Assembly (NCBI GenBank): GCA_965649765.1
Contig: OZ287755.1
Location: 67,518,001-67,582,000 of the forward strand
Length of the DNA stretch: 64,000 nt
Reading direction: 5' to 3'
Source: Bispira polyomma
Taxonomy: Eukaryota
Part shown: piece after piece, positions 27,501 to 42,325 of the stretch
How positions within the stretch are numbered: the stretch's first letter is position 1
Layout of the letters: every line of letters starts with the position of its first letter
Translations under genes and position numbers: made by a program
The notes under the pieces: generated by a model
What the model saw: only the letters and a program-made list of their open reading frames with translations
Database searches by the model: none
Told to the model about the DNA's origin: nothing

Positions 27501-28869
27501 CACAATCTGCATTTGTGAGAAGATTCATTGGAAATCTCTCAGATATAGAATACACAGATACAATGAAGCATGCAGTGGAAATTACTGTCTATATCTGGGT
27601 ATTTTTGTTCCTCATCAGTTGTTTTTTTTTATTCAGTGCAAGTGTCTTACTTAGTCAAGCCATTTAATAAAAAGATTATTGGTGTAAATGTGTTGGATAA
27701 GGTGACACAAAGACAAGGAAAAGATTAAATTCTAGGTGGTAATTGGTTTTTCTGATAAAAAAAAACACACAAGAAACTGTTTATATGTATTTGCCATACA
27801 TCGTCACAAAGAAGAGCAAAAACAACCTGAAACTAATTGGTGATAAATGAAACAATCCTTACCAAAGTTTGTCATAACAAAATTTATCGTTTGACAGCTT
27901 GGTGAGTGTGAAATAAAGATAATGTGTTCGTGTTAATAATCAAAGATGACATCAAGATTATTTTATGTTGACCTGATACCAAAGCAAGTCCTAACGACAG
28001 CAACAACAAACACTAATTTATAATTATGCACAAATGTTTCACAAAGCAATATGTGCCTAAAACATGGGCCAGCCAAATGTCAAAGCATTTCACATTCCAC
28101 CAGCCTAATAAATGTATCACTCCTTCAGAACTGGGTTATATAATCTTACTACAAGTCCATACTTTTTTGATCCCAGGAGAAAGATATTTCCGGGAACTGA
28201 AGGAATTTTTAGGCAACGTAAGTTAGTGAGGCATAGTATTCGCAAAGAGAACTGAAGGAAAACAACACAATATATTTTGGGTGTGTTGACTGCTTGCTGA
28301 CAGACATAGATTCTGGGAGTAACAAATGCCTTTGGTGTTTTGAAATAGTTAACCAGCATGACACATTATTTAAAAAATTTTAGCTTACAATATGGGAATA
28401 AAATAAGGGGTGATATGAGGACATAAAGTATGTAAACAAGACAGTAAACTGGTCGTGTGAGATTGTTATTCTGTAATTTTACACAATCACTGATTTTAGT
28501 ATGCACCATGGAGACGCGATTTCTGAAAATTTACAATAACAATAACAATCGTTTTTTATATGTATTTATCTAATTTTATTCTAATTGTGACCGAAAAGGT
28601 TACTTCTCACCTAGTTTTGCAGTTTGTATTGTCTTTTTAAGTTAAATGTTTTTTTGGATTCGTTGTTATACCCTTCTAATTCAATTAATGGGTATTATTG
28701 CCCACCTAACCGGGTACTATCAGAGTTCATTTTCACTGCTATATTAGTTTAAATCCAATAGTGGGTATTATTGTCCATCTAATTCAGTTTTTTTTTGTTG
28801 ATTTAGTATACCCTCCTTCTGGTTCTATTGCTGGTTGTTTGTTTTAGTGTGGGTTGTTAATTAGCTTAT

Positions 28870-29873
28870 TTTCTGTTTTGGGCCCTTTGTTGTTTCCATT
28901 GTACACTGCTCCACTTAGTTTGGTGATTGGCAGATAATAAATCGTCTCACATATGGCAGGTATTAGGTTTCATTTCTATGCGTGTAAAAGAGTGGATGTC
29001 AACTAGTAAACTCAAATTGAATCCTGACAAGACTAAGTTGATACTATTAGGTTCAAAAAGACAGAGGGAGATCCTGGGTAGCCCATTCTGCCCAGCTGAT
29101 TTAGTCAAGATCGTGGGTGTGGTTCGACTCTGATTTTTCCTTTTCTAAACATGTTCCGAGTGTCTGCAAAAGTTGTTTTGTGCAACTCTGGGACTTCAGA
29201 CCTGTCAGGCGGTTTCTGACTCATGATGCTTCTATACTTGTGGCCAATGCTTTTGTCAGTTGAGTTTCAGTAATTCTCGTTTCAGGAATCTCTCCAAGTT
29301 CAACCTACCCAAATTACAATATATTAAAAATAGTGCAGCTAGACTTGTGTCAAACACCAGTCGATATACCAGTATAACTACTGTTCCTAAGAAATTGCAT
29401 TGGCTTCCTGTTGAACAGCACTCAGTGTTTCTTGTTTATAAGTTTCTTCACACTGGTTTTCCCAAGCATTTTAACCCATATCTTTCCTCTTACAGTAGTT
29501 CTTACGATACCAGGCGCAGTCAAAGTGGGGGGAATTCCTGTTGATTCAAAGTTCTGCATGTCAACTCAAAAGTCAGTAAAACAGTTTGGTTACAGCTTTG
29601 CTTTTGATGCTCCCATTGTTTGGCATGCTCTTTCTGATGTGATTCGTACGCCCCCTCAGTGAAGCTTCTTTTAGAAAGCAGCTTTAAACCCACCTGTACA
29701 CCAAGGCATACCCACCTTAGTCTTAATCATCCCCTGGCGTTCTCTGTGGTGCTTGACCTTTTTTTGTCCCTGGATATTGTAATTGGATCACTGTCTTGGT
29801 GCTGTTGTGCCTTAGAGTCCTCTTCGTAAAGGGGAGATTAAGCGCTATAAAAGTCTAATTACAATTAGAATTA
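28870..29873 (+). mobile_element. L2-clade LINE 3' part inserted in copy B (whole insertion ~28495-29873)
   Basis: WMSTSKLKLNPDKTK, LQYIKNSAARLV, KLHWLPVEQ, FAFDAPIVWHAL; L2-type end aagcgctataaaagtc plus attac/attag tail; flanks are contiguous in copy A (~6108). Confidence 0.88.
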
Positions 29874-32344
29874 CACTCATGGTTTATAGAGTCAAGTTGT
29901 TTCAGAAACAAATACTTTCAGTTATAGCAACAGAAAACAAATACTACGATGGAAATAGACAAATATGTTTATGAAGAGAAGAACAATCTAGATATATTGT
30001 GTCAATTATTTAAAGTCCTATTTATAACTAATCCAAATCCAGGTTTTGTTTTGTTATTTTCGTTTGCTCTATTGTTCTACAAAAGTAACAACTTTATTAA
30101 GAGATCTCAAAATGAGTAATGATCATCACATCACAGGATCATGGAAAGAGCAGAATGATGCCATTGTTTTTCTTATATTTGATTATGAGATCAAGTTTTC
30201 CTATTTATATTTTTAATATGGCGTTTCTGTTATGATAGATCTAAGGGGGAAAACATTCAATGAAAAAGAGTTTCTGCTTTTTCTCATAAGGTGTATTTAC
30301 AAGTTTGTTTGTTTTCAATTATTTACAAAGACAGGTGGATCGTCATGAAATAATTTAGAATATGTTCTTTTATCAGTAAGAAATAATAATATCCTACAGA
30401 CATTAGGTGTCAGTTCATCACCACGAATACCCACAGTAGATAAAACAGTAGGTACATTTAAATGAGAATCAGGCAAATAATGTAATGCTTATTTTTTAAC
30501 CATCTCTAGGTTTCCTATATTACTTCAGTTTGATATATTTATATATATTTCAAACAAAGGAACTAATGGTCTATCTGTGTTGAATATAAATTTGTATACA
30601 AATAAGTCACTGTTGTTCAAGTTTCTTTAAAATTAACAAACCCCCCTGGTATAAATTTGAAATTATCTCATTACTGAAGCCTTGTTTTGTACATTGAAAT
30701 AATTAAGTATTAACTTAAATTCTAGTGTATATTTTAGTAAATGTGAGAAGACCATTTTGTGGCTGGAAACCCCATTATTTGTATTTTTGTTTATATTTTC
30801 ATGTTTTTGTTCAGTATATATTGTAGTATTACAATTATAGGCAATGCAGGAGTGTTAATGTTTTACACATAACAACATTTTCCTTTTCAGTATAATAAAT
30901 ATAGCAGTACAAGAAAAATATATAACATGGGTTACACACCTGTACATGTTTGAGTACTTTGTACACACCTATATGCATGTTTATAATTTACATATCATAT
31001 ATATGCTCCTTATTATATCAATTACAAATTGAGAAAACAAGTAAATTAAATTGTAATTTGTCCACAGAAGTCACATTAATAGTAAAGGGATATTATAATA
31101 TACAAACACCACTGGTAACATCCTCAAAGGGTTGCATTTTATACTTAGCAGTGTAATTATATTTGCAATATACAAGTCTGTTATTTCAATGCCGACTTTT
31201 GCAAACAAGATCTTGTTTAATGCTAAAATTTCTACATTTTCTAGCAAACCTACAAATGTGTCTTCAAAATGCATCAGAAAAAAGTTTTTATTCCGCTATG
31301 TTTGATTGCAATCACGGAGGGGAAAAATGTGATTTTTGGTGGGAACAGGGGGCTTATCTGAACATGACTGGCCTGAGAGAAGGGATCTGCTGAAATGTCA
31401 CTGGGGAATAGGAATCATGGCCCAATTGGGCTCTGTGTGGATTTCTGGGGGTTTATGGACAACAATGGAGCTGAAAGTAAATTTTCATCACTGGGGTAAT
31501 AAAGGTGACCGTAGTTTTAGTATTTATGCTACAATTTATTGACAAATCAACTATATAGCACAATCTAGATTAGGCCTTGTATCTTATGATGTATGAATAA
31601 TTGAAAATGTTCTTTGTATGGTAATTTGGTATTCTATTAGAATAATGTTATTGCAGGAGGTATGGTGGGGTTGATCTTAACAAAAGAATGCTGTGTTGAT
31701 AGATTGTACAAAAAATGGTGATTGTTCAGGTATCACTGAACTTCAAGGTTATTTCTTTTATAATATTTTTTCACTGGAGCCTTGTAATCTGCACTGGGTA
31801 CACTGGATTGATGAGGCTTTATTAATGACATTAAGCATAATGACACATAGCTGGGGCTCCTAAAGTTAACACAGACTTAGTCAGAATGAAAGAAAAAAGA
31901 GTTTGTGTCGTGGAAATTAGACCACAATAAATAAAGCAAACACACATAAGAATCTGCCAATGGCATTTTTTGGCAGACAAAAACTTATTATCTGATATTT
32001 AATGAGAAATCATGACTTCAATTACAAACCTGATGGAAAAAGATGACACCAAATGCCTTGTTCAATTTAATGAGTAAAATAAATCAAGATTTACAGTATG
32101 TCTAGACGCTGGAAAATGTGGGAATCGTGAATCCCTGTACTGAACTTAGGCTTAAGTGCGTCAGAAATTAAAATACGTTTGAAACAAAAAATATTAGAAC
32201 ATATTTACTAGATTGAGACTTGATTCATAATGTACTCCCACAGGTATATACATCTTTCTTGGTCAGAAGGATTTTCGTGGAGAGATAGTTTATGTAAAGA
32301 GCAAACTATAATCCCCAGAACATACATCTCAATGTACAACCTGG

Positions 32345-32579
32345 CTGCTAGGCCGCATAGTGGCAAACACACCTGCCCCCTACCTCTAAGGTTGTGGGTT
32401 TGAATTTCGGTTTCAGCTTTATGCAGGAATGTTGGCAGTTGCTTGCAGATGCCAGGTGGTTTACAGTGTAGATTTTTGAACAACTAGTATGCACTGCATC
32501 CCACCAGTAAAACTGCCCGTCCTGATTTGACTTATACAATGTATTGAAAGTGACGCTAAACCCCAATCAATCAATCAAT
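32345..32579 (+). mobile_element. tRNA-derived SINE, family 3, (CAAT)n tail; the orthologous copy-A element (8640-9040) is rearranged
   Basis: Degenerate A/B boxes; 3' end ttgaaagtgacgctaaaccccaatcaatcaat; flanked by caatgtac. Confidence 0.75.
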
Positions 32580-33047
32580 GAAACCAATGTACACAATTGC
32601 ACCATTTGAAAAAAAGATGGGGGGTTATGCTATTATTAATTTTATATAAATAATTTACATTTTACTATTTTGGTCACATGCTTTTACTCCAGGTGGATGT
32701 TTGCTATTGCAATGTGAAATGGATATGAATCATATCCAAATAATATTTGATTATTTCTGACGAACTTCAGCCTTTTGCAAGGCTAAAGAATCTCTCAATG
32801 TACTTTGTATATCTCACATTATGTGAGTTTCGTCTTTTAGTGTTATTTACAATACAGGATCAGATAAAATATATGCTGAAATATAAGAGGTAAGGATGTT
32901 ACAAATGGCAGCAAGCAATGGGAAATATACGAGTTAAAAATTTTGTGTATATGACATACTTAATGTGGACGTGCTTGTTACCATTGATTGACATATGACT
33001 GTCATTTTAAGTAAGACATGGTGTAACCTAACTTAATGAGTAGAGAA

Positions 33048-33302
33048 TTGAATTGAATTTGGAAATATTTAACGTCCACTCTAGTACCTGTTTAGGTTAC
33101 ATTGGGACGGGTAGTTAAAAACGCTGGAGGAAACACTGCATACAGTTGATCAAGGTTCTGCACTGAAACCAGCGACCCACAGTAAGGAACTACCACCTTT
33201 CCCACATAGGCATCGACGGGATTCAAACTCACGCTGCCCAGAGGTGAGAGACCAGTGATTGTGAAGCGCAATGCTTGCTAACCACTAGGCCACTGCGGCC
33301 CC
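33048..33302 (-). mobile_element. SINE family 1 copy with TSD
   Basis: Reverse-complement match to 245-495; 14-bp TSD taatgagtagagaa at 33034-33047 and 33303-33316; empty site in copy A near 9480. Confidence 0.92.
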
Positions 33303-35499
33303 TAATGAGTAGAGAACAGTGTGTTTGAATCCTGATGAAGAAGTCAATATTCTATGCATTGTACAATTTGACTTGGGTTTATCGTTGCTTTCAACAGCTT
33401 AGGTCATGTCATAAAAGTAAGATTTGATGGTGGTGGAAACCAGTGTGGAAGTACCTGACAAACTTTCTAAAGATTCGAAGCCACATTAGTGAGCTGGTGA
33501 GAGGCCAAGTGGTTATGAAGCAGGTGCATTGTAAAATATTATTTACAACTATAAGGCCACTCAGTAGAGTGGATACCTCCATCAAAGTTGCAAATTATAA
33601 AAAAATTGCAGAATCCGCCCTTCTACCTGGATCTAATATAGTCTGATCTTAGCCTTTACAGGTACAATATCCAACTTAAAGTAGGAACTCAGTCAGCTAA
33701 AATCAAAATTATTATCAAAAATTAAGGGACATGAAGGGTCCAGGGAGAGATATGACCATAGACAAGCGAATGGTTAAGTAGATTATGCTCCTGATGCAAA
33801 TAGATGACTTTTGAGGTCCTTTCTGAAGGCGATAACTAAGGGGCTGGATTTGATATGTAATGAATTTCAAAAAGAGGGAGCATAAAGGCTAGAAGACTTG
33901 GGTGAGTTACTTATAGACTTGTGGAGGCGTTGATGAAAATATGTAACCACATGTAATTTTCCTAAAATTGTTGTATTAGCCTAGAACATGACAGATATGG
34001 TTTCCAAGATTTTTACAATGAAAGCTATAAAAAGAAGGCCAAGATGATCAAATTAAATAATATATTGCCACCTCATGTCGTCAAACATATACTATACATG
34101 TTATTATTAATAAACAATTTAAGCGCTAATATTTTTATTATAGCAATTTTTAAGGCGATATGTTAAATGTTGGTCCAGAAATCCTATTTGATGAAACAGA
34201 GTAAAGGTCACCAACAGAGGATCAACTGGTAACCGGGTGACAGCTAGGGCCAAAAAAACTCACAGAATGTTGAATGTTATGGCAGCTGAATAATAGTGTT
34301 GTAAAAAGGCATGCGTCATACAAATAAATATTTTTTTTAGTTTTCAAAACAACAGATAATTTAAAAGGATACTGTCAATTTTTATTCTATGCATGTTAAA
34401 ATATCAATCCAGCCTTGTGGAAAAGCTAAATAATGTTTCCATTTAATATAAAATGAAATTTGTAGCTGACACAAATGCTCTAGACTTAATAGGTAACGCT
34501 AAATATGTTTTTGAATCTATAGCACATTGTCATGTAGCTATGTACACAGCACTAAACAGTATATTTACAATCTTTACCTTGGTACATATACACACAGCTT
34601 TCAACTTTGTTCCACCGGGAATCTTGTTGTCTAGATATTGTTTTTTTTTCCATTATTCTACCCTCTTCCTCATTACAAAGATGATGTTTATTCCATCAAG
34701 TTTGAGATACTGAAATTACTAATCATGGGTTGGTTTTCACCATAAGAGTATAAAGACTCGTCTCTCTTTTTGCTATTTTAACCAATCAATAGTTTTGTTA
34801 TATTGTAACCTTCTGTTTTTACATGATATTCATGTTCCTTTAAAATTTTTATATTTTTAAACATTTTTTCTTTTTTACAAATATGATATAAGAATTTTGT
34901 TGTTGGTTTTTCCTGTCTCTGCTGGTTTTATGCCATAATAATGACCGTCACCTAATACGGGACGATAAAAGGGCGACAAAAGGTAAAGACAGGCTTCTTC
35001 GATGTTTCCCAAGCAGACAACATATTGTGTGTGTGTTTTTGTTGACATCTACAAAAGGTTTGTGGGCCTGTCCCTGTGTGTAGTGGGTTATTTATGGTTA
35101 AATCTCTTTAAATGCCACACTCCAAAGCAAAAGACCGGGGTTCACAGTTTGATTTCAGTTCAGTTTTGATTTTGAGTTTGTTTTTTGTTTTTTTCATTTT
35201 ACAGTATTTTGAGTGGGGGATATTTTGTGTACTGTTTGCTGCTTAGCTTTTCGCAATATTTTTTTCTGTTAAAAGAGTTACCAAGATACTGTATTGTTTC
35301 ACTAGGAACACAGTTTTAGCTAATGAATTAGGATAGTGAAAATAAATAGTTATTCATATTTTAAACTAAAAACAAATTAAACTTAATATGAGTAAAGTCC
35401 CAAAACATTGAAAAGATTAGAAAATCTTTCTTCCAGATAAAACATTCCACTGATACCAGCACTTTGATGCCTGTAAGTGTTGAAAAAAGTGTGACAATA

Positions 35500-35730
35500 A
35501 TAATAATAGACTTTCCTGCTGCTTTTAAAACCATTGAACATAATACTCTCCTGGAATGTCTATCATGTTTGTTTGGTATCCCAGATGTACAGCCCTGGAG
35601 TGGTTCAAGTCATACTTGTTGGTAGAAATATCAATCAGTAGAGATTGGATATTCAGTTTCAGATTACATAGAGATATTTCACAGGGACCAATCCTTGGTC
35701 TCATTTGTTTAATATGTTTTATTTATACAA
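35500..35730 (+). mobile_element. L2/CR1 RT fragment
   Basis: DFPAAFKTIEHNTLL, TALEWFKSYL, QGPILG. Confidence 0.65.
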
Positions 35731-35737
35731 AGTTTTA

Positions 35738-35994
35738 AATTTGAATATGAATTTGAATATTTAACGTCCTCTCTAGTACCTGTTTAGGTGATGTTGGGAC
35801 GGGTAGTTGGAAACACTGGAGGAAACACTGCATACAGTTGATCAAGGTTCTTCACTGAAACCAGCGGCTCAGAGTAAGGAACTACCACCTTTCCCACATA
35901 GGCATAGACAGGATTCGAACTCACGCCACCCAGAGGTAAGAGACCAGTGATTGTGAAGCGCAATGCTTGCTAACCACTAGGCCACCGCGGCCCC
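35738..35994 (-). mobile_element. SINE family 1 copy
   Basis: Reverse-complement match to 245-495; no clear TSD. Confidence 0.9.
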
Positions 35995-37974
35995 TTCATG
36001 CTGTTGAGATACAGACATATACATACATACACATATATTTATCACTTGCTGATGTTTTTGTCTGAACTTACATCATTCAAAATACATTGGCTTGCGTGGT
36101 TTTCATATCCATTAATTTTTAGCTGATAGGCTTTTATATTTTACACAAAGCTGTTTATACAGAAAACTTCTAAAATCATAATATTTAAATACTAGCCTGT
36201 CACAATTATTACTCCATACATTTACTTATCAAGAAAACCTAATAATAATTATTATTATTGGTACAAAGGTACACTGATCTGCAACCATCTATTGTCAGGC
36301 AAACTTGCTATTCCTGGTTAAACAATTGCTGCCCATATGTTATAGAACAATCATCGCGCTGATGAGATAAGATCAGTATAAATACTTCCTTGGTTTGGAA
36401 AAAAACTTGCCTGTACACCCCCACATCCCTCCTTACGACCTTGGCTATGTTTTTGTGTAATTTCTTGAATGATTCTGTTGTCACACTTTTCATCAATTAG
36501 GTACATTGCAAATGCAAAATACAAAACAACTATAGAATACTTTGGTATAATTGATATTTGTCTGACAATATATTTGGTGCAAGGATGCTATAATTGTATT
36601 GTATAAAAATTGTAATATTCCCAAAGAACAAATGATTGGTATAATTGATATCTTTTACCTTATACTTACACATTATATTGTAGTAAATAGAAGCCAAATA
36701 GATATTGTCATACTGGTTGGTAGGTCACATCTGTGGTTAAACAAGATATCCGATATAAACCTATGAAACTCTATGCGAACAATTTTAATATTGCCAATGA
36801 GAAAAATTCATTGATATAAAATTTATCTTTAGAATATATTTTTCTACCTTAAACTTACATATTATTATAGTTAATAGGATAATTTTACCAAATATTTCTT
36901 GTTAAACTGATTTATAAAAATGTGGGCAGGTCACATTTGTGGGGGGAAAAGTATATCAATATAAATCTATCACCCCTATTCAACGATTCTCAAGAACTTC
37001 TTAAGTCGGTTTGCCCAGGTTGTGTGAGTTGTCACAAAGGTCAGTATGTGAGGTAATGTGTTTTGTATCAAAGATATAATGCTTCTAATTTGAGATATTT
37101 ATTTCTGTACATGTTAGGATATTATTTACAGGTAAAAGTAGGTTAAAAGTAGAGTTTGAAAGTTATCAATATAAATTTTAAAATACCCATCACAGTTATG
37201 TCACGTTAGGAGTCGTTAGAAAATTAATTTGCGTCGAGTTTGCATGGAGTATGCAGGAGATAACGTAATATACATAAACATACATAACCTGGCGTGAGAG
37301 ATGAGATGCAAAAAATTTATAATTTTAAACCGTTTGAAATTTGGACACGCAAGAGATGCAATGTATGACGTACTGAAACGTTGATATGCATCACAGTGTG
37401 TAAATGTGCGTCATTATGACGTCCTTTTACGTGTATTGGCGGGTTCAAATATGTACTTTGACGTGAATTTATGCATCCCCTGCGAGACTTAACAGCTTTT
37501 GTCATACTAATAGATGAATTTCAATGTCTGTTGACGCCTTTCACATGAAGAAAAGCAATATATTTGGCTTTTCCATCAACTTTTGCAGCAACTATTTACA
37601 CGGCCCTTGCATGACTAACCTAACCTAACGTACATCCGGTGGAACCAGGGCATTATACAATAATATCGTTACATACTATCACAGTGTTTTCTACCAAAAT
37701 ACCCTAATATAATGATAGACACCATAATAAAAACATCCATCAGACAAAATAAGGAGACAACCTTCCTTGTGTCCATGTTAGTCACGACAAGTAACACAAC
37801 AGTTGACGCGTTCGCGTCACTGAACCATCATTAATATGCTACATAAAGTCCACATTCACATCAGTAGTGAAGACATAACAGACTAGCCAAAATTCAAATC
37901 TCTCAACCCTATAGGCGAGTTTAACAACATATAATAATATGTATTAACTAATTTACTTATAACTCAGTTTACTT

Positions 37975-38205
37975 TAATGCCTTGGTTACAAATTGTCTTG
38001 ACTACTGTAATTCTCTTTATAGAAGTTTATTCAAGGCTGACATCCGTATTTTGCAATGCATCTAAAACTCATTAGCTAGACTGGTGGCCAACCATTCCAA
38101 GTACTCCCGTGTTACTCCGGTCTTAAGAAGTCTCCACTGGTTACCAATTGGGTTTAGATGTATGTTCAAAACAGCCACCTCAGTTTACAAATTCTTAAAT
38201 TATGG
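37975..38205 (+). mobile_element. L2 fragment
   Basis: LDYCNSL...NSLARLVANHSKYSRVTPVLRSLHWLPIGFRCMFK. Confidence 0.8.
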
Positions 38206-38217
38206 CCTTAGTTCCTT

Positions 38218-40815
38218 AGTTCTGTTGGAACCAACGACTAGTACCACAGCCATGTTGTCACAGAATATCTTAATCGTACTATGCGCCCACTGTTCGCCCC
38301 ACAGTTCAAGTGCTACTAAAATGTTAAGCATTTCGATGTGTACAATTCAAAGATGTCGATCATATACGTTGTAAAGTGGGGAAGCATATACTTGGCTGTT
38401 ATAAATGCCCCCTATACCTGTTAGGCATGCGTCTATGTATACAATGTTTTAGTGTCAATTTTTTCAATATACGTGATTTTATTGTACTGTTTAAGGAAAG
38501 CAACAAACCATGCAATATCCGCCTTCATAGACTCTGTGATCTTAAATCATTTTGCCTGAGCGTTACCTCGGAAGGCCATGAGAAGTTTTTTATGAACGCC
38601 CTTGCAGGTTTGACACATTTGTGAATATACAAAAGTTTGCCTAATAAAGATTAAAATTTTGCCCGAGATATCCATTGCTGTCCTCAATTTTATCTTGGGT
38701 TATACTAATGGTACCTTCAGCAATGTCTATGTCCATGCCAAGACAAGTTACCTTAGTATCTGGTGATGAGAGTTTTGTGCGTTGATGGGGAGACCCAGAG
38801 AGTCCACTAAGTGGTATATATCCTTAATTGCTATGCCTTGATATGCCGATGTAATCCTCGATGTAATAAAAGACCTGATGATTTAATTTTTTCATAGCAT
38901 AAGCTATCATATCGGAACATCGCTGAAAGACTGCCGAGCTAAACGCGACCGCAGGGTCCACATATTTTTCGCCTTCAAAACATATACCTAGTTTAAGTGC
39001 ATCTACAGGGTCAACTCGCAAATTTCTGAACGCACGGGCGACGTCCAATTTGACTGATTTCTGATTTCCCCTGTACACCCCTGTACACCAGTACATTGCA
39101 ATCTGGGTTAGTTTCTAATTGTTTATTAACATTTAAACGTTCTACCATAGCTGTTTTACCACTAAAATGTTTACTGTTTATCTTACTGTTATTTTCCTTA
39201 CTGATAATATCTGAATATATTATACTCTTACTGTCATTATTACTGTCATTACTTATCACACTCAAGTTCTTACAATGCATGTCCAATGTTCTTTCATCTA
39301 GTCGTTGACTACTGTCCTAGTTATTAGTTGTTTTGCCTTCCTGTTGTTTAGAAGAGTTGGCACTATAACACTTGAATTCTGGATGAAGCGAATCCGCAGT
39401 GCCAACATATGTGTTTTTACTGGTTGTGATCCGATTTGTTGGTACATTTGCCCGCATTGAACAATTTGCAGATGGTTCTAGCCAATTGTGAGTTGTACGA
39501 ACCATGGGAGTTGTGCGAATGGCCCGGGTTAGCCATTGCCATCTGAGAGGCATTTAGCCGGTTGATTGCCCACTGTGTTTTGTCGCCCCACTGCAGCCTT
39601 CCTTCTTTGACTTCATGCATATTATGCAACCATGATATCCTTACTACATCCCATGAGAAGGAAGCAGCATCCCTTAACGACAGAATAATTTGTTGAACCA
39701 TTGCATGTGATGTTTCCGGATTAGTTACCTGCATGGCGTTCGCCAACTGGCCGGCCGCCCATTGTGGCAGTGACAACTCATCAAATGTAGGGCGCTTCTG
39801 ACCTGTGCCGCCCACCCAGCCTTCATTTGCCCATCTGAGCTTCGGATCAGCAGTCGCTATGTCGGTGCTATTGAACCTCCCGGATTTCTGTCAGATAGGC
39901 TTACCCTAGGTGAGAGTATGTTGTGCCTGGGTCTCATACTCGGCCAGTCTTTGGTTAACAAATTGCCTGGACTTCAGGGATGGATTTGTGAATGTCTACC
40001 TTGGGCACAATCGCTTCCCTAGAGTAATCAACGTGTTGAAACGAATGCGCCTGTGACTCGAGTAGCAGTGCTGGAGCAGCAGCCAGAGGAACGTACGGGG
40101 CCATTGTAGCTGGTCTATTTTTGTAGGAGTCTTGACTAAGTGACATGACGGGAGTCGATTGGGATGTCTCCTGTGGTTCCATTCTGTCAAGACGTCGGTT
40201 TATCACCTCGTTGGATTTTCTAACCTTTCAAACATAGCCATCATTGCTGGCATCACACTGGTTTTCGCTTGCATTGAGGACGAGGCTGCTCTATGAGCCA
40301 ACAGGGGATATGTGTGACTAGCCGTGGTAAGAGGTGGCTGTTGTCCGAGTTGAGGGGATGCGTATTGAGTAACATTCTCTGGGTTTAACGTAGCTGAGGA
40401 GTAGCTAATACTCTGTCGTTTACCTGACCCTCTGTAATCTTTTTCTTGAAGATTTTACTCGAACTGTACTTTTCTTGGCTGTCCGTGTTTTTTACTTGCT
40501 TCATCTGAAGGCGTCTTCTTAGGTTTCCCCTTATCAGTAGTTGTAATCACAAAAACAGTTCCACTAATAAAATACTAAAATAACTAACAATTGTAAATAG
40601 CCCATAAAATCACAGAAAGTTTATTAGATTCCTTATTGCAAAGTTTTTCTCTGTGCGTGCTTCAATGTCGAAAAGCTTGACTTTCACAAAGAACTGGTTG
40701 GGTGTATGGCTGGATGGACAGAGTGAAGTAAGTCTACTCAGTCGTCAGGGGTTAAGGTGGTTTATAACATTTGATGCACTAGGGCAACTGAAGTACCAGA
40801 CCCGTCTATGGTCGT
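38218..40815 (-). mobile_element. Ngaro-type YR retrotransposon, 3'-truncated (gag, partial RT/RNase H, no YR)
   Basis: gag KRPTFDELSLPQWA...CKLFNAGKC; RT KLDVARAFRNLRVDP, YYIEDY; RNase H YIDACLTGIGG, IEMLNILVAL, FCDNMAVV. Homologous to, but diverged from, the 57-63k element; present in copy B only. Confidence 0.88.
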
Positions 40816-42325
40816 GATATCTAATTTTACCTTATAATTTCAAATTTTACCTCTCGTTTTTTGTTAAACATATTTGCAATTGCTGTTTGGGTCAGCCACA
40901 ACTCTGTAGGTGTGGCAGCTTTAATCTTCTGGGGTCTTTATATATTGTAAAACAGGACTTGACAAGCTCTCCCTGTGCTGTCATTACAACACACAACATT
41001 TATCCATCACACTTCTATGTAGTCTGGCCTTTTTTTACCTCTCATTCTCTCTTTGACCTTGGCTAATTCCCTTAGAAGACACTATTTTAAATTGTGTTTT
41101 TCTTGGGCTAGTTTCAAACAAAATTACTACCTTTCTGCTAAATAGAAAAACAAAACAACAACAAAAAGAAAGCTTTGTGGTATTCTAGTAGAATAAACAT
41201 ATTCTGAGAGGATGAACTGGGACCAGAATGAATTTTTTTTTAATTTGTGTCTAAAAAGTAACTAGATCTAAATTAGTTGTATCTAGAGTAACTAGAAGTA
41301 AATCCATTGAGTTTATATAAGCTCTATGCTAGTGGGCCTAAATTATCTCAATTCAAGATAAAACAAATTTGTTTAAAAGAGTTCTTAAAAAATGGCAAAA
41401 GAAAGTTTATGTATTATAGTAGTAACTAGATCTATGGGATATTCGACATTAAATCTTTTAATCCATTAAGTTAATATTAGTTCTTTACCAATGGGTCAAT
41501 TTTTCTCAATTCAAGGAGAAAGGAGTTTGTTTTAAAGAATTTTAGCCATCATTTAGATTAAAAAAGGAGTTTCTTTGAAAGACTTTTAGCCATCATTTAA
41601 TTTTATTATTGAATACCGATTTAGTAAAGTACCTTAATATTTGTATACCTAGTACCTTAGTATTTATATTAATTGAGCAAGTCATATTTTGCCATGCAGC
41701 ATACACTATATCATCTTATATTATTGCAATGCAATCAGGCAGATTGGAGGATTAGTGTTAGCACTTCTGCCTCCCACCGCTGCAGCTTAGGGTTTTATTC
41801 TCGGTCTCGGCATGCCTAACCAGTCAATAATGCAAACAAATAGTCGGATAGGAGAGAGCTATTCAAGTTCAATCATAACCAGGAGACAAATATTAAGACA
41901 GAAAAGCGAGTTGATACAGATGTGTTTTAAGAAAGCTTTAACAAATATTAAATAACAACCGTGTGCTTTTTCTTTCTACAAATAAACCGTCTTGCTGTAA
42001 ATAATAAACACTCCTATCAGTTGTTAAATCGACCGTTAAGCTGAACATCAATCTAAATTGAATCATTGGAATGTATTTGGAATGCATTTAGTATTTAGTA
42101 AGAAGAATAGCTTTTAAAAAAGGCAGGTCGGAGGCAGTAGAAAATCGTTTTATGTCAGTGTATTATACACTAACACTTTTCGGGGGTATTCCGGTTCCAA
42201 GTGAGATCCAGCGCTTAGTACTAATTATTTCACTTAGCGATTTGACCCTACTTTCTAAGATCAGCTATGATGTGTTACCAGCTATGATGTGTTACCAGTT
42301 TTTTCAAGATAAAACATTATATTTC

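Noticed and set aside
37000-37900. Possible Helitron or MITE with palindrome tgacgcg-tt-cgcgtca near 37805
   Set aside because: CpG-richer and copy-B-specific, but I could not define termini, TIRs or a TSD.
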